In this document: piece by piece, positions 10,001 to 19,745 of the stretch
How positions within the stretch are numbered: the stretch's first letter is position 1
Layout: each line of letters begins with the position of its first letter
IMG/VR virus record: IMGVR_UViG_3300042324_002009
Location: 17,709-81,708 of that record
Source: a virus
Strand: one strand, 5' to 3'
DNA: 64,000 nt
The notes under the pieces: model-generated
Database searches by the model: none
What the model was told of the DNA's origin: nothing
Seen by the model: only the letters and a program-made list of their open reading frames with translations
Program-made: the position numbers and the translations under genes

Positions 10001-11447
10001 TATACGAAGTAGGCCTAGCTAATTTAAGCTGAACATCAGTAGTTCTTCTAAAAAAATCCGCAACTTCTCTTTTTGCAATAACTTTTAATTGATCAACTGT
10101 TGGTTTTATTTGATTTGGGAAAACCTTTTCAATTTCTGTCTTCTTTTTTATTTCAAGGGTTGAGTTTAGTTTTTCATAAAATTTTTCATAGGCCGCTTGG
10201 CTTTTAATATAAAATTGAGTATCTCCTTCCTTTATTGAAACAGGTGCATTTTCAATTCCTTTAAAAATTGGGTCAATTTTATTTGGATCAACTGAAAGAC
10301 CCCTTTCTGCTAATGTATAAAAATATTGAATTGGATTTGCAAATTTACGATATAGTCCAGGATAACCGTTTGATACTTTATTATATAGTGCTCCAGGAAT
10401 ATAGTCATAATTTGAAAATGGATTGGAATTTACAGAATCAATTGGGATACTTGAACAAAATGTTGCAAGAGTATTGTTAAATGGTTTATTAGTTAAATGC
10501 GTATTTTCTTTAACTGGAATATATCGATCAATTGATTCAGAACTGCCATCTTGTTTTATTTGCGGTACATTTATCGTAGTTATATCTAAATCAATTAATC
10601 TAACTCCAAAGGCTGCTGTAAATGCAGGAATATTAATACTAGCAGTAATTTGATCATTATCAAAATATGGAATAAATTGGCCGCTTATTTTTTTACATAA
10701 AGAACTGAGGGTTTGAGAAGTAGTCGATGCAGATCCAAGTGGAGGTAGTGAGCTAATTTTTTCGGATAGAGCATTGGTTGCTCCTTGTTTAGCAACACTT
10801 TGATTTTCTTCTGCAACAATTCTATTTTTACGAGCTTCATAATATAGTTTATAAGCTGAACCACTTATTAGAATATTATAGGCGTCTTCTGAAATAAGAT
10901 ATGTTAATATCTTATTCGAATCATATGTTGTAAATGTTTTAAAGGTTGAGTCACTTAAATTACGAATTATACTAAATGCATAATAATAATTACCATAATT
11001 GTTATAGTTATTAATATACTCATTCCAAATTTGATTTTCAATAGCTAGTGTTCGGGTATATTCATCAGTCCAATATAAGAATTGGGAAGTTAATGGTTCA
11101 ACGTTAGATATTGTAGAATTAAAAAAGTCTAGTCGTTCTTTGTAATACTCTGAAATAACTGTATAATGGTCAAGTGCTTCTTGTACTCGACCTTTAACTA
11201 CGGCAATTTCAATAGTAGTTGCCTGCTTTGCCATTTGATTAATTAAAATAGCCTTCACGTCTTCAACTCCTTGGTTAATACAATTGCCATTATCTGCTGG
11301 CATTGGAATTTTAACCTCTTTTGCAACTGGGGCAACTGGTTCAGGTAAACAGGCTTTTACATTAGCTAGGTCAGCATCAGTAAAAACAGGCGATGCAAGC
11401 TTTCCGCACTTAATATCATTAATTAGGCTTTTAAATGTGACGTTCAA
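7083..11447 (-). CDS. Large hypothetical protein (1454 aa), possibly virion-associated
   Basis: Long uninterrupted ORF with a TTG start, coiled-coil segments and two Pro/aliphatic-rich regions. Upstream ATAGATAA is a one-mismatch late motif. No family recognised. Confidence 0.75.
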   Translation of the reverse strand: MNVTFKSLINDIKCGKLASPVFTDADLANVKACLPEPVAPVAKEVKIPMPADNGNCINQGVEDVKAILINQMAKQATTIEIAVVKGRVQEALDHYTVISEYYKERLDFFNSTISNVEPLTSQFLYWTDEYTRTLAIENQIWNEYINNYNNYGNYYYAFSIIRNLSDSTFKTFTTYDSNKILTYLISEDAYNILISGSAYKLYYEARKNRIVAEENQSVAKQGATNALSEKISSLPPLGSASTTSQTLSSLCKKISGQFIPYFDNDQITASINIPAFTAAFGVRLIDLDITTINVPQIKQDGSSESIDRYIPVKENTHLTNKPFNNTLATFCSSIPIDSVNSNPFSNYDYIPGALYNKVSNGYPGLYRKFANPIQYFYTLAERGLSVDPNKIDPIFKGIENAPVSIKEGDTQFYIKSQAAYEKFYEKLNSTLEIKKKTEIEKVFPNQIKPTVDQLKVIAKREVADFFRRTTDVQLKLARPTSYRAQTSSIYSNGNFKYSPVDSVLPEKLAYYTKAYSEILEKIKECNTEIGLLEVKIKENSMDPDVLAKRIADVACFKGPSAITIPTKDCEAETLKKLGQDPLFIRTLGGNDASLPDMTNSCYWREFTKSLNKVSLLPIPDLTAPLFRYYPINNIIPTPLGIALIPIPQKWRTLFTLSTPVGTLVTFLTMPIAIVGIPLPSIYILYFAPDGNKYMLLAPNIPLVYMTPTSIKYGFEIDQTAASENPLGLDPANPFKGQLIKGSLVNPLAISGNASKAVRLTALAATLALGKNPNITTRDGTPIGEVDPITYIASYAGELEKMMNFLDLDLSNDFDKQIADFKRSMNLQFNKLGEIQLTAVTKLKDKTRKDRESQVMGAEGESDLKKKRESKKAARSLDPITLSSKISGVLDDFDKYIDKIKLGTISFPDSPTKLNPKLPSAISGLQPTIEKAAKGLLGADIDATNFIAKIKRMASQVDPTKLKSKKSFNLNKADDVREFKKAIKEYSNKALDYLQGNANPADEDIDPNLSDVEKGKIKKAAKLRKERLQKALTFTTLSVAAPNLKLFDPAAPCCPAAQPPLEVVSPQVLAALGVFNALLDALLSGLTIDVLKSLLGESLEEIGISAVTTLFNSLLGLLPPIILPEKPDIVSISQAIILPVLTALTVPQSPNPLGVPFPIQIVIPLDIVIKPLLKLAIAYLLELILRMLSDAGDMLTANQGPNSSSLKEILRQIPCGNSEFAKVSTTTSSKYVSITLPNGFNIKLPKIPMLPLDIVSYFALLTSTDLVELIKGLLNTAIDGILEPLKTIVGPILSLTKSLKDLSFTVVDSANPYILPIKLAIMAIQLKIPNSSKLKLANLDAINLLKAAYIPVITFAEPVVKELAYLVSILACSFGNKPGVQVARIASSPFFNQDDLPPWERLTHKNPLFAIFLDELAWRGSITSTGTLLFQSKMPGLYPTAWSPSIFIDPGMHTS

Positions 11448-11493
11448 TGAATTAGGTTCTTTATTTTATCTATCATTCTCTCTAAATAGAACA

Positions 11494-11521
11494 GCGCTTG
11501 TGAGGGTTACTCAACAAGCGC
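11494..11521 (-). terminator. Hairpin/terminator after groEL
   Basis: GCGCTTGTGAG-5nt-CTCAACAAGCGC inverted repeat (1-nt bulge) 27 nt past the groEL stop, with a U-rich tail. Confidence 0.6.
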
Positions 11522-11547
11522 CGATCTGTAATTGTAATTTAAAATTA

Positions 11548-13128
11548 TTAGATAGGTAGTTTGTCTTGTGGAATTTGTACCATTAGGCAATCAGTTGTGA
11601 TTAATAAGCCGGCAATTGAAACTGCATTTTCTAGAGCAGTACGAGTAACTTTAACTGGGTCAATAATTCCAGCCTCAAACATATCTACATACTCTTCAGT
11701 TTTTGCATTGTAACCAGGAGCTCCATTTTTAATTTTGTCCCAAACAATATCCGGATTAACTCCAGCATTTTCAAGGATTGTTTTAAATGGTTGAGCACAG
11801 GCTTTTTTAATTATTTCAATTCCCAATTCAATATCGCGGTTAGGCGAATGAATTGTAATTTGATCAATTGCTTTAAGTAGGGCAAGACCTCCACCTACAA
11901 CAATACCTTCTGCGATTGCAGAACGAGTTGCTCCAAGCGCATCATCAATACGGTCAGATTTTTCGCGAGCTTCAATTTCAGAAGTAGCTCCAATTTTAAT
12001 AATTGCAACACCGCCTTCAAATTTAGAAAGACGTTCTTTTAGTAAAATCTTTGGCGATTCACTTTCGCAAGCTTCAATTTGCTGTTTTAAATCAGTAGTT
12101 AATATTGCAATTGCTGCTGCGTCTCCATGACCTCCAATAATTGTGGTTGTATCAGACGTAATTGTTACTTTATCGCAACTTCCAACGTAATTGGCAGCAA
12201 TACTTTCTTTAAGAGTAACTCCATCCATTTCAGAAACAAGAGTTCCACCAGTTAAGGTTGCAATATCCTGTAATTTAGCACGGCGATTTTCTCCAAAACC
12301 TGGAGCTCTAACTGCAGCTACTCGTAGGGTACCCTGTAATTTATTAACCAACATTGTATTTAGGGCTTCTCCATCAACGCTATCACTAATAATAAGTAGT
12401 GGACGGCGCTGTTTATTTGAGAATTCCAAATATTGAATTAAGTCTGCAAGATTTGAAATTTTACCATCGTACAATAAGATAATGGGTTTTTCAAATTCAA
12501 CTGTATTCTTCTCTTGGTTATTTATGAAATATGGAGATAAGTAGCCATTTCCAAATAACATACCTTCAACGATTTCAACAAAGGTTTCGCCAGTTTTACT
12601 TTCGCCTGCTGTAATAATCCCGTCAAATCCAACTACTTTCATTGCATCTGCAATAATTTCGCCAATTTCCTCGTCATTATTTGCTGAAATAGTTGCTACC
12701 TGTTTGATTTTTTCAAAATCTTCAACTGGTATACTTTGAGATTTTAGGTTCTCAATAATTGCTTTCATACCGATTTCAATACCTTTCTTAAGGTCCATTG
12801 GATGAGCGCCGATTTCTACAAGTCGATTACCTTCAGTAAAGATTGCATGGGCCAGGACAGTTGCAGTAGTTGTACCATCACCTGCTTCTAGCGCAACTTT
12901 GTTTGCAACTTGCTTTACCATTTGGGCTCCAACATCTTCCATATAATTTTCGAGTTGAACTTCACGAGCAACGGTTACTCCGTCTTTTGTTATTGCAACG
13001 CCATTGTCACGAGCAATAACTACATTACGGCCGCGTGGCCCTAACGTAACTTTTACAGCATCTGCTAATGCATTAATACCGGCTGCTAAATGCTGTCTAG
13101 CTTCTGCTTTAAATTTAGTTTGTTTCAC
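11548..13128 (-). CDS. groEL: Chaperonin GroEL (phage-encoded)
   Basis: [72 protein letters not shown] start, no GGM tail. Confidence 0.97.
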   Translation of the reverse strand: MKQTKFKAEARQHLAAGINALADAVKVTLGPRGRNVVIARDNGVAITKDGVTVAREVQLENYMEDVGAQMVKQVANKVALEAGDGTTTATVLAHAIFTEGNRLVEIGAHPMDLKKGIEIGMKAIIENLKSQSIPVEDFEKIKQVATISANNDEEIGEIIADAMKVVGFDGIITAGESKTGETFVEIVEGMLFGNGYLSPYFINNQEKNTVEFEKPIILLYDGKISNLADLIQYLEFSNKQRRPLLIISDSVDGEALNTMLVNKLQGTLRVAAVRAPGFGENRRAKLQDIATLTGGTLVSEMDGVTLKESIAANYVGSCDKVTITSDTTTIIGGHGDAAAIAILTTDLKQQIEACESESPKILLKERLSKFEGGVAIIKIGATSEIEAREKSDRIDDALGATRSAIAEGIVVGGGLALLKAIDQITIHSPNRDIELGIEIIKKACAQPFKTILENAGVNPDIVWDKIKNGAPGYNAKTEEYVDMFEAGIIDPVKVTRTALENAVSIAGLLITTDCLMVQIPQDKLPI

Positions 13129-13144
13129 TTGTTATTTGATTATT

Positions 13145-13888
13145 TTACTTTATTATTATATCCGATTTTTCAATTTGGTTTAGGTTAGAAAGCTTTAATG
13201 CCACTTGAATTAGCGTAATAACGTCTTTTTGGCAGTATTCTTTAATTCCTTCAACATTTCCGGCCCAATAATTCTCATGCACTTGATCGCCTTTCATTGC
13301 ATCTTTGGGGGAATCTATTCCAAGAACAGTCGCTAACAGATCAAGAGATGTGAAACCTTCTTGCCATGCACCAAATGACCAAAGTTCTGAAGTATCAATA
13401 ATTGAAGTTTCCCAAGGTTTTTTATCCCATACTTGAAGAGGGGTCGCTGGCTCGATATTGAGAATAAATGCACGTTTACATAGGAATGGAACATCAAATC
13501 TTTTAACATTATGACCAGCAATCTTTACGCCGGTTTTTGAAAGAGCTGACATTAGTTTAAATGACTGACGTAAGATTTCAGCTTCGTCATCTCCGGAATA
13601 GGAAACAATTTGAGCAGTTGGCGCGCCATCTACAAATTTCATTTTGCCGAATGAAACACAAACAACTCTACCAAATTCAGCATGTAGAGCTGATTTCATT
13701 TGAAAAAGTTCTTCATCTGACTTGTCTTTATTATCTGGGTATTTAGCCCCTAACTGATTTTTAAGGATTTCTGCTTTAGCTGACCATAATTCTTGCATTT
13801 TAGGTGAAAGAGAATCAGCATGATTGACAGTACCGGCTGTTTCTATATCAAAAAACAGCATTTTTTCTAATTGATGTGGATCGAACAT
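13145..13888 (-). CDS. 3'-5' exonuclease, DEDDy (PolB exo-like, stand-alone)
   Basis: ExoI FFDIETA, Exo[14 protein letters not shown], ExoIII YCQKDV, plus [12 protein letters not shown] and KKPWE typical of the Bacteroidetes stand-alone family. Confidence 0.88.
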   Translation of the reverse strand: MFDPHQLEKMLFFDIETAGTVNHADSLSPKMQELWSAKAEILKNQLGAKYPDNKDKSDEELFQMKSALHAEFGRVVCVSFGKMKFVDGAPTAQIVSYSGDDEAEILRQSFKLMSALSKTGVKIAGHNVKRFDVPFLCKRAFILNIEPATPLQVWDKKPWETSIIDTSELWSFGAWQEGFTSLDLLATVLGIDSPKDAMKGDQVHENYWAGNVEGIKEYCQKDVITLIQVALKLSNLNQIEKSDIIIK

Positions 13889-14044
13889 GACTTTAGTGTT
13901 ATAAGTTAGGGTAATTATACTAATAAAGATAAAAAGTAGCCTTTAATTAGAAGCTAAGGGCTAAAGTTTACTTAATTCTTTATATTAATAAAATAAGTAG
14001 ACTAAGTATCAGAGTATCTGTTGCTACACCCACCCAACACCCTT

Positions 14045-14072
14045 ATTCTACAGTACATTTTACAAAGGTTTT
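14045..14072 (-). promoter_or_regulatory. Putative promoter AAAAC-N17-TAGAAT (leftward, exo-groEL)
   Basis: Back-to-back with an equivalent rightward site at the strand switch. Confidence 0.65.
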
Positions 14073-14076
14073 AAAG

Positions 14077-14104
14077 AAAACTAAAAAATAGTTCTTAGTA
14101 GAAT
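14077..14104 (+). promoter_or_regulatory. Putative promoter AAAAC-N17-TAGAAT (rightward, RuvC-like/sigma)
   Basis: AAAAC 14077-14081, 17-nt spacer, TAGAAT 14099-14104. Confidence 0.7.
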
Positions 14105-14127
14105 ATTTAAAATGATTAATATGAACC

Positions 14128-14793
14128 TTGGTAGTAATAGGTATAGACTTTTCAATACAGTTTCCAGCTGTCTGCATTTGCAAAGACTTTAAAAGTCTGC
14201 ACTGGATTGCGTGCGTTAATACTAATACTACTAAAGCCCATCGAAAATTACTTGAAGATACTCAACTTCAATTTCCTGGTCTGGAATTTATATTTTTACC
14301 CCCAAAGAACTTTAAATACGATACTTACTCTGGTGTAGAACGTGCTAAATTAGCAAACTATTCACTATTAGTTGATACCCTAATAAATCGAGTAAAAGAA
14401 GTTATTAAACCTGAACCAGATCGAATCATTTCAATCGAAGGTATTGCGTATGGAGCTCAAGGTAATGCCCTATTAGATATAGCTCAGTCAACTGGTATGC
14501 TTAGAAAAAAGGTACTAGATGACTTATTAAATAATAAGCAAGAAAGTCTTTTCATATTTTCACCAGGCGAACTTAAAAATGCAATTGGCGCAAAGGGTAA
14601 TGCTGGTAAAATTGATGTTTACAAACAGTTTATGGAAACCCCACTTCTTGCAAAAGACAGTAGTTTACACAAAGTTTTAATTCAATATAATGATCAAATT
14701 ATTAAAAAAGACGTAGTAGGTTCGCCATTTATGGACATGATTGATTCATATTTAGCCGTTCTTAAGATCTACACATCACTAAAAGAATCCTAA
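14128..14793 (+). CDS. RuvC-like Holliday junction resolvase
   Basis: IGIDFS N-terminal motif, ISIEGIAYG, SPGELK...KGNAGK, C-terminal DMIDSY. TTG start. Confidence 0.8.
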   Translation: MVVIGIDFSIQFPAVCICKDFKSLHWIACVNTNTTKAHRKLLEDTQLQFPGLEFIFLPPKNFKYDTYSGVERAKLANYSLLVDTLINRVKEVIKPEPDRIISIEGIAYGAQGNALLDIAQSTGMLRKKVLDDLLNNKQESLFIFSPGELKNAIGAKGNAGKIDVYKQFMETPLLAKDSSLHKVLIQYNDQIIKKDVVGSPFMDMIDSYLAVLKIYTSLKES

Positions 14794-14797
14794 TCAA

Positions 14798-15217
14798 ATG
14801 GCAAAGGCTAAAGAAAGTAAGTATTACATTAACAACCGAGATTTCACTAATGAAATTATCCGGTGCAAGCATGGAATGCTTAATGAAGTGACCGGGTATC
14901 AGCACACAGCTGGAGAATTATCCCCTATTGCAATTAACTATTTTATAATTCTAGCAAATAGAGCAATTTTAAAATTAAGGTTTAGTAATCCGCTAGACAA
15001 AGAAGACTGTATCCAGTCAGCTCTATTAGATCTACTTAGGTACTGGAGAAACTTTAATGAAGAAAAATCAAACAATGCATTTGCCTATTTTACACAAATT
15101 GCAAAGAATGGATATGCAAAAGAATACAAGAAGATTTATAAACATATAGGCAAAGGCGAAAAAGTTGAATTTGTATCATTAAGCCATTCTGGCGAAAGTG
15201 AGATCTATACAATATAA
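14798..15217 (+). CDS. gp55: T4 gp55-like late-transcription sigma factor
   Basis: YINNRDF, KEDCIQSALLDLLRYWRNFNEEKSNNAFAYFTQIAKNGY match the gp55 family core. Short (139 aa) and lacks region 4. Confidence 0.88.
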   Translation: MAKAKESKYYINNRDFTNEIIRCKHGMLNEVTGYQHTAGELSPIAINYFIILANRAILKLRFSNPLDKEDCIQSALLDLLRYWRNFNEEKSNNAFAYFTQIAKNGYAKEYKKIYKHIGKGEKVEFVSLSHSGESEIYTI

Positions 15218-15266
15218 ACCAATATGTTACCAGCAATTTATAAATCCACTAGTACTAATACCCTTA

Positions 15267-15274
15267 ATAAATAA
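15267..15274 (+). promoter_or_regulatory. Late promoter motif ATAAATAA
   Basis: 24 nt upstream of the first structural gene. Motif recurs before most structural genes. Confidence 0.65.
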
Positions 15275-15298
15275 AGGTAAAGAGCTAGGTAATAACTC

Positions 15299-18200
15299 AT
15301 GGACATTAATAATTTAGTATTTTTTGATAAAAACGGTGAATCTTATAACTTTTCACAAAACGCCGATACTGGTGCTTGGGAAGGCTCTGACTATTTTTTA
15401 CCAATATCAACTGCACTATATGATGTTTCAAACCTGTTTATTCTTGAAAAAGTTGGAGATACTTATAAATTTCCAGTTTTAGAACCAGGTTCCAAATTAA
15501 CAGTTACTTGGCAAACTGCTGAATCCTCAGATAATTTTTTCTTATTTACAATTGCAAAAGAGGATCCACACACAGACTCACCAACCTACATAGAAAGACA
15601 AACTCGACTTGATATAACATATGATGATCTTTCGCCAGACGGATTTGTTGATCTGGATCTAGCGTATCCTTTACAGTTAAATGTAGGATTTTGTCCATCT
15701 GAGGAGGTTAGTTATAATCGAATCTTAAATATTCACTATGAAATTGGTTCAAGTAAGACATTAATTGCCTCTATTTACTTTTATGGTGAAGGCGAAGATG
15801 AAGATGAACGTTTTAGAATTTGGTTAGCCAATTTCGGAATCAAATTTAATAGAGAAGATGCTCTTTTACTAAAAGATTATGACCTAAAAGAAGGTTTACC
15901 TGATTGGACCCAAATCAACCAAGCCAGAAAGCAACTATTAGTAAACCGTGATCAAATTTATCCATACGTTGGTACGTATAAAGGACTTATTAATATTATT
16001 AATATTTTAGGCTACCGTGATGTACTTAGAGTAAAGGAATATTGGCAAGATCAAGATACAAAGTCTGGCTATTATGGAAAATATGCAATGGTTGATGTTA
16101 CTGACCTACTTACAGTTGGTTCAATTGACTCGTTAGACCTAGTTGACTTAAATGGCCAAATTAAAAAAGGTGGCAAGTTTAAAAAGACTGAATTTCTTGC
16201 ACTAGTTTACGAATTTTCAGTTGCTAGTGATGTTTATGATGATGATGGAGTTCCAGAAGTTGAATTTACCACTGATTTTACAGTAGATGAAATATTTTAT
16301 AAATTAAATCGACTTTCAACTAAATTAAAAACTGAAATTCTACCAATAAATGTTGTAATTAAGGACGTTATTGGAGAATTCATATATTTTAGTAAATTTA
16401 ATATTAGAAGTTGGTCAGATTCTGCATCAATTACTGAATTACAAATAAATGATGACTATAATACTGTAATTAATCATCCATCCTCTAAATCTCAATTACT
16501 ATTAATTAGAGATATTAAACCACTGTATCCTAAACTTAACGGAACCTCAGAATTTCCTGAAATTACATTTAATCAGACTGCAATTGTGCCATACGAAAAT
16601 AGGCAAAAATACACAATCTCAGAAATGCCAGATTTTATTACGGCAATTGCTGATTATTATGATGATATAAACCGATATGATTTTGAATTACACGGACAAA
16701 CTAATCCAACCGTAACTGGCGATGATATTGATGGAAAAGTAGGTTGCCCAATTACACTTGAAGCATATATTCCAGATTTTATGTTATCTGATCTAGATGG
16801 CTCTAAATTTGGCGATTTTACAGATGGTCATTTTACAATAGGCAATATCAGATACCGTAACGGTTATGAACTTGAATGGAATATTACTGGTCCTCAAGGC
16901 TATGTATTTAATTGGAGAAGTGCACTTGCAAATATAGTTAAAATTCCTCATATTTTACCGTATATTGGAGACTACTTAATTCAATCAACTGTTTATGATT
17001 TACAAGGAGGTCAAAATGTTAGTTATTTGCATGCAACGGTACTTAAGGAAGAGCCAATAATTGAAGTATTTATGAAGGTTCAAGATAAACCAAAATACCA
17101 AATTAAGGACTTATATAATATAACAATTGGCGACCTTGGAGATAGTCCACTCTATTTACCATTTGCAAATGTAGTTCAAGGAAATACGTTTAATTCAGGA
17201 TTATCTCAACACTATTTAGATTGGAATACCTATTCAAATAATTTTGGAGTAGGTAATCCACAAACTGAGTCTGAGATATTTACACCTGGCATTGGATTTG
17301 AATTAGTTACAAATTCTGCAAATTCGGCTAAATTACAATATGGAACCGGCTCAAGTCAAGAAGGCCAACCCACTCTTGGAGATTATCAAAATGCAACGCT
17401 TCAAGACCTAATTCTAAATAGACTATCTGATTTTTCATATACAGCTGACCGATTAAACGGATTTATAATTAAATTAAACACTGAATATCCAAGCCATACG
17501 TTAACTCATATCAATTTCTATTCAGATGATACGCTAGGAGCATATGCACTGGGTTCATATACTGATGCTGATGATTTAGCTGATCAGTTAAACACAGAGG
17601 CAGACGACTTAAATATTCAAGAATATAGATATGTTGCGGTAAACGAAAATATTCATGCTCATGCAAAGAGACAAGATAGGACTCTACACCGAGTTTTGGC
17701 CTTAACTTATCAAGGATCTCCTAGATTTACTGAACATGTATATACATTTAGTTATCCTAGATTAGTATATTCACCTACTTTAGTTAGTACCTTAAATTCA
17801 CAACTTTCTCAAATTGCCAAAGAAATAGATGAGGATTTATTATTTTTAAGTGTACCGTTTGACGATTGTTTGAGAAAGACTGGCGAAACATCTTATTCAA
17901 CTCGATCCTTTACTATCCCAAGCTCATTTCCTACGTCTGCAACATTTCCGCTAACTCGTCCTCAGGAATTTATAGTCGGTAAAAAAGTCAGAGCCTCAAG
18001 TATTTCAAGGCCTGCGGATTGGGCTGAAGGTATTGTTACTCAACCTTCTGATATAAATTCAATTTTTATAACCTTTTCTAATAGTTCATTAACTGGAACT
18101 CCTGTATCTGACTGGAAATTTGAGTATGTTGAAAGTATTGCTAATTTAACCCCAACCGAAGCAGTTGCTGGTACACCAGCCTATTGGATCAATAATCAAT

Positions 18201-18637
18201 TTGGAAACTATATTAGTTTTTCGTCAACAACTGATCCAACTGCAACTGTTATTGGGTTCTTACCGTCTAACCTAGACCAAAATACATTTAGTCTTTCCAA
18301 CTTAAAAACTGGACCAGATGGGCTGGTTGTTCCATTACACCAACCAGTATTTGCAGCAGTTGCAAATATTGAATCTAAAAAGGAGTGCATTTGGACACTA
18401 AGCCTATTTGGAAAAGAAGTCGTACAAATTAAAAATACTTCAACCTTTATTTGGAGATTTTCAGATCCTGGAGAATATTCACTAAATGTAAAAGTAACTG
18501 ATATTAATAACAACGAGTATACGCTAGTCACTAATTTTAATGCAATTCACGCAAATGGAATAAAGGACTATACTAAATACCTTGAAGGCACGCTTAATCG
18601 TCGCAACCTATTACACGGTTCCCGTCGATTTGCTTAA
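15299..18637 (+). CDS. Virion structural protein, baseplate wedge-like, with PKD/Ig-like domains
   Basis: YVGTYKGLINIINILGY...VKEYW resembles the baseplate wedge (gp7/P2 I-like) motif. C-terminal FSDPGEYSLNVKVTD is PKD-like. Has a late promoter. Confidence 0.6.
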   Translation: MDINNLVFFDKNGESYNFSQNADTGAWEGSDYFLPISTALYDVSNLFILEKVGDTYKFPVLEPGSKLTVTWQTAESSDNFFLFTIAKEDPHTDSPTYIERQTRLDITYDDLSPDGFVDLDLAYPLQLNVGFCPSEEVSYNRILNIHYEIGSSKTLIASIYFYGEGEDEDERFRIWLANFGIKFNREDALLLKDYDLKEGLPDWTQINQARKQLLVNRDQIYPYVGTYKGLINIINILGYRDVLRVKEYWQDQDTKSGYYGKYAMVDVTDLLTVGSIDSLDLVDLNGQIKKGGKFKKTEFLALVYEFSVASDVYDDDGVPEVEFTTDFTVDEIFYKLNRLSTKLKTEILPINVVIKDVIGEFIYFSKFNIRSWSDSASITELQINDDYNTVINHPSSKSQLLLIRDIKPLYPKLNGTSEFPEITFNQTAIVPYENRQKYTISEMPDFITAIADYYDDINRYDFELHGQTNPTVTGDDIDGKVGCPITLEAYIPDFMLSDLDGSKFGDFTDGHFTIGNIRYRNGYELEWNITGPQGYVFNWRSALANIVKIPHILPYIGDYLIQSTVYDLQGGQNVSYLHATVLKEEPIIEVFMKVQDKPKYQIKDLYNITIGDLGDSPLYLPFANVVQGNTFNSGLSQHYLDWNTYSNNFGVGNPQTESEIFTPGIGFELVTNSANSAKLQYGTGSSQEGQPTLGDYQNATLQDLILNRLSDFSYTADRLNGFIIKLNTEYPSHTLTHINFYSDDTLGAYALGSYTDADDLADQLNTEADDLNIQEYRYVAVNENIHAHAKRQDRTLHRVLALTYQGSPRFTEHVYTFSYPRLVYSPTLVSTLNSQLSQIAKEIDEDLLFLSVPFDDCLRKTGETSYSTRSFTIPSSFPTSATFPLTRPQEFIVGKKVRASSISRPADWAEGIVTQPSDINSIFITFSNSSLTGTPVSDWKFEYVESIANLTPTEAVAGTPAYWINNQFGNYISFSSTTDPTATVIGFLPSNLDQNTFSLSNLKTGPDGLVVPLHQPVFAAVANIESKKECIWTLSLFGKEVVQIKNTSTFIWRFSDPGEYSLNVKVTDINNNEYTLVTNFNAIHANGIKDYTKYLEGTLNRRNLLHGSRRFA

Positions 18638-18644
18638 TAAATAA
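18637..18644 (+). promoter_or_regulatory. Late promoter motif ATAAATAA
   Basis: 24 nt upstream of the ATG at 18669. Confidence 0.6.
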
Positions 18645-18668
18645 AAAAGACAAAAAATTACTTAAAAA

Positions 18669-19730
18669 ATGGCATTTACTAACCTAAATCTAAACACAAC
18701 ACCTTTATTAGAAACAACCTTTATTTCTGATATGCGACTAATCGTTAACGCTAACGTTGCTGTCGTTAAAGGTAAAGTTGAAGACTTAATCAATACTTTT
18801 GAATTTGATTTAACAAACAAATACATTGGGGTTGATAATTACTTTAACCAAGTTAAAACAAATAATGTAATCTTAGGAAATAGTATTTCCTTTATGGATT
18901 CAACCAATGTAATTGGAAGTTTAACTAAATCTACTGGAAAATCAATACTTTCAATTGATAGACTAGTTATTCAAGCTGGCGGATCAATTGATATGACTGG
19001 TACCGGCAATGCAATGGCCGTAAAGAAATTAGGAGTAGGTATGTCATTAGTTAATTTACAAAATGTTGCTCTATTTGCAGATGACGGCTTCTATGTAGGT
19101 TCTCCAGGTACTGCAACTCCTGCAAAAACTCAACTTTATGGAGAGACTTTATTGTTGGGCCAAGCAGTTACTCAAAGTACTGATACAGAAGCGGTTCCAA
19201 ATGTAATTACATTAACTGCTGAATCTACCTACTATCATAAGACTCTAGTTTTAAGTAAGTCAAGTAATCAATTCATTTATCTTACTCTTAGAGCTGGAGA
19301 TGCAAGTCCTAGTGGAAAACCAGTTTACTTATTCCTAATGGAAGATGCAGCAAACCGCCCAAATCCAGGACAAAGTTTTACTATCATAATTAAAGATTAT
19401 AAAGATTCAGGCGGAGTAACTGCAGTACCAATGGCAAACTGGGGAGATATTCGTATTGCTCCAGGTTATATTGACGGAACAAATACTCAAGCTTTAATAA
19501 ATGGTGGAACTCATTCAACTGCTGCAACCTCTGCAAATGCGGTAACCTTTGCACTAGCTAATCAATATATTGAAATGTATAATACCTCAATACAGCCAGA
19601 TCTTGGTGGATTTTTAAGCTTTGGTGCATCAGTTACATTAACTAAATTCCAAAATTTACCAGCAATTGGAACAGTTACCGATGCAAGATTTGTTATTACC
19701 GGATCACACAATATTACACTAGTAAACTAA
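18669..19730 (+). CDS. Putative virion fibre/structural protein
   Basis: Beta-rich Gly/Thr composition, N-terminal helix with IVNAN motif, late promoter, structural cluster. Confidence 0.6.
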   Translation: MAFTNLNLNTTPLLETTFISDMRLIVNANVAVVKGKVEDLINTFEFDLTNKYIGVDNYFNQVKTNNVILGNSISFMDSTNVIGSLTKSTGKSILSIDRLVIQAGGSIDMTGTGNAMAVKKLGVGMSLVNLQNVALFADDGFYVGSPGTATPAKTQLYGETLLLGQAVTQSTDTEAVPNVITLTAESTYYHKTLVLSKSSNQFIYLTLRAGDASPSGKPVYLFLMEDAANRPNPGQSFTIIIKDYKDSGGVTAVPMANWGDIRIAPGYIDGTNTQALINGGTHSTAATSANAVTFALANQYIEMYNTSIQPDLGGFLSFGASVTLTKFQNLPAIGTVTDARFVITGSHNITLVN

Positions 19731-19745
19731 TTTAACTAAATACCT

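Noticed and set aside
295-13746. Short ORFs nested in or antisense to left-arm genes (e.g. 295-657, 8620-8946, 12191-12436)
   Set aside because: They overlap well-supported genes and carry no motifs or expression signals.
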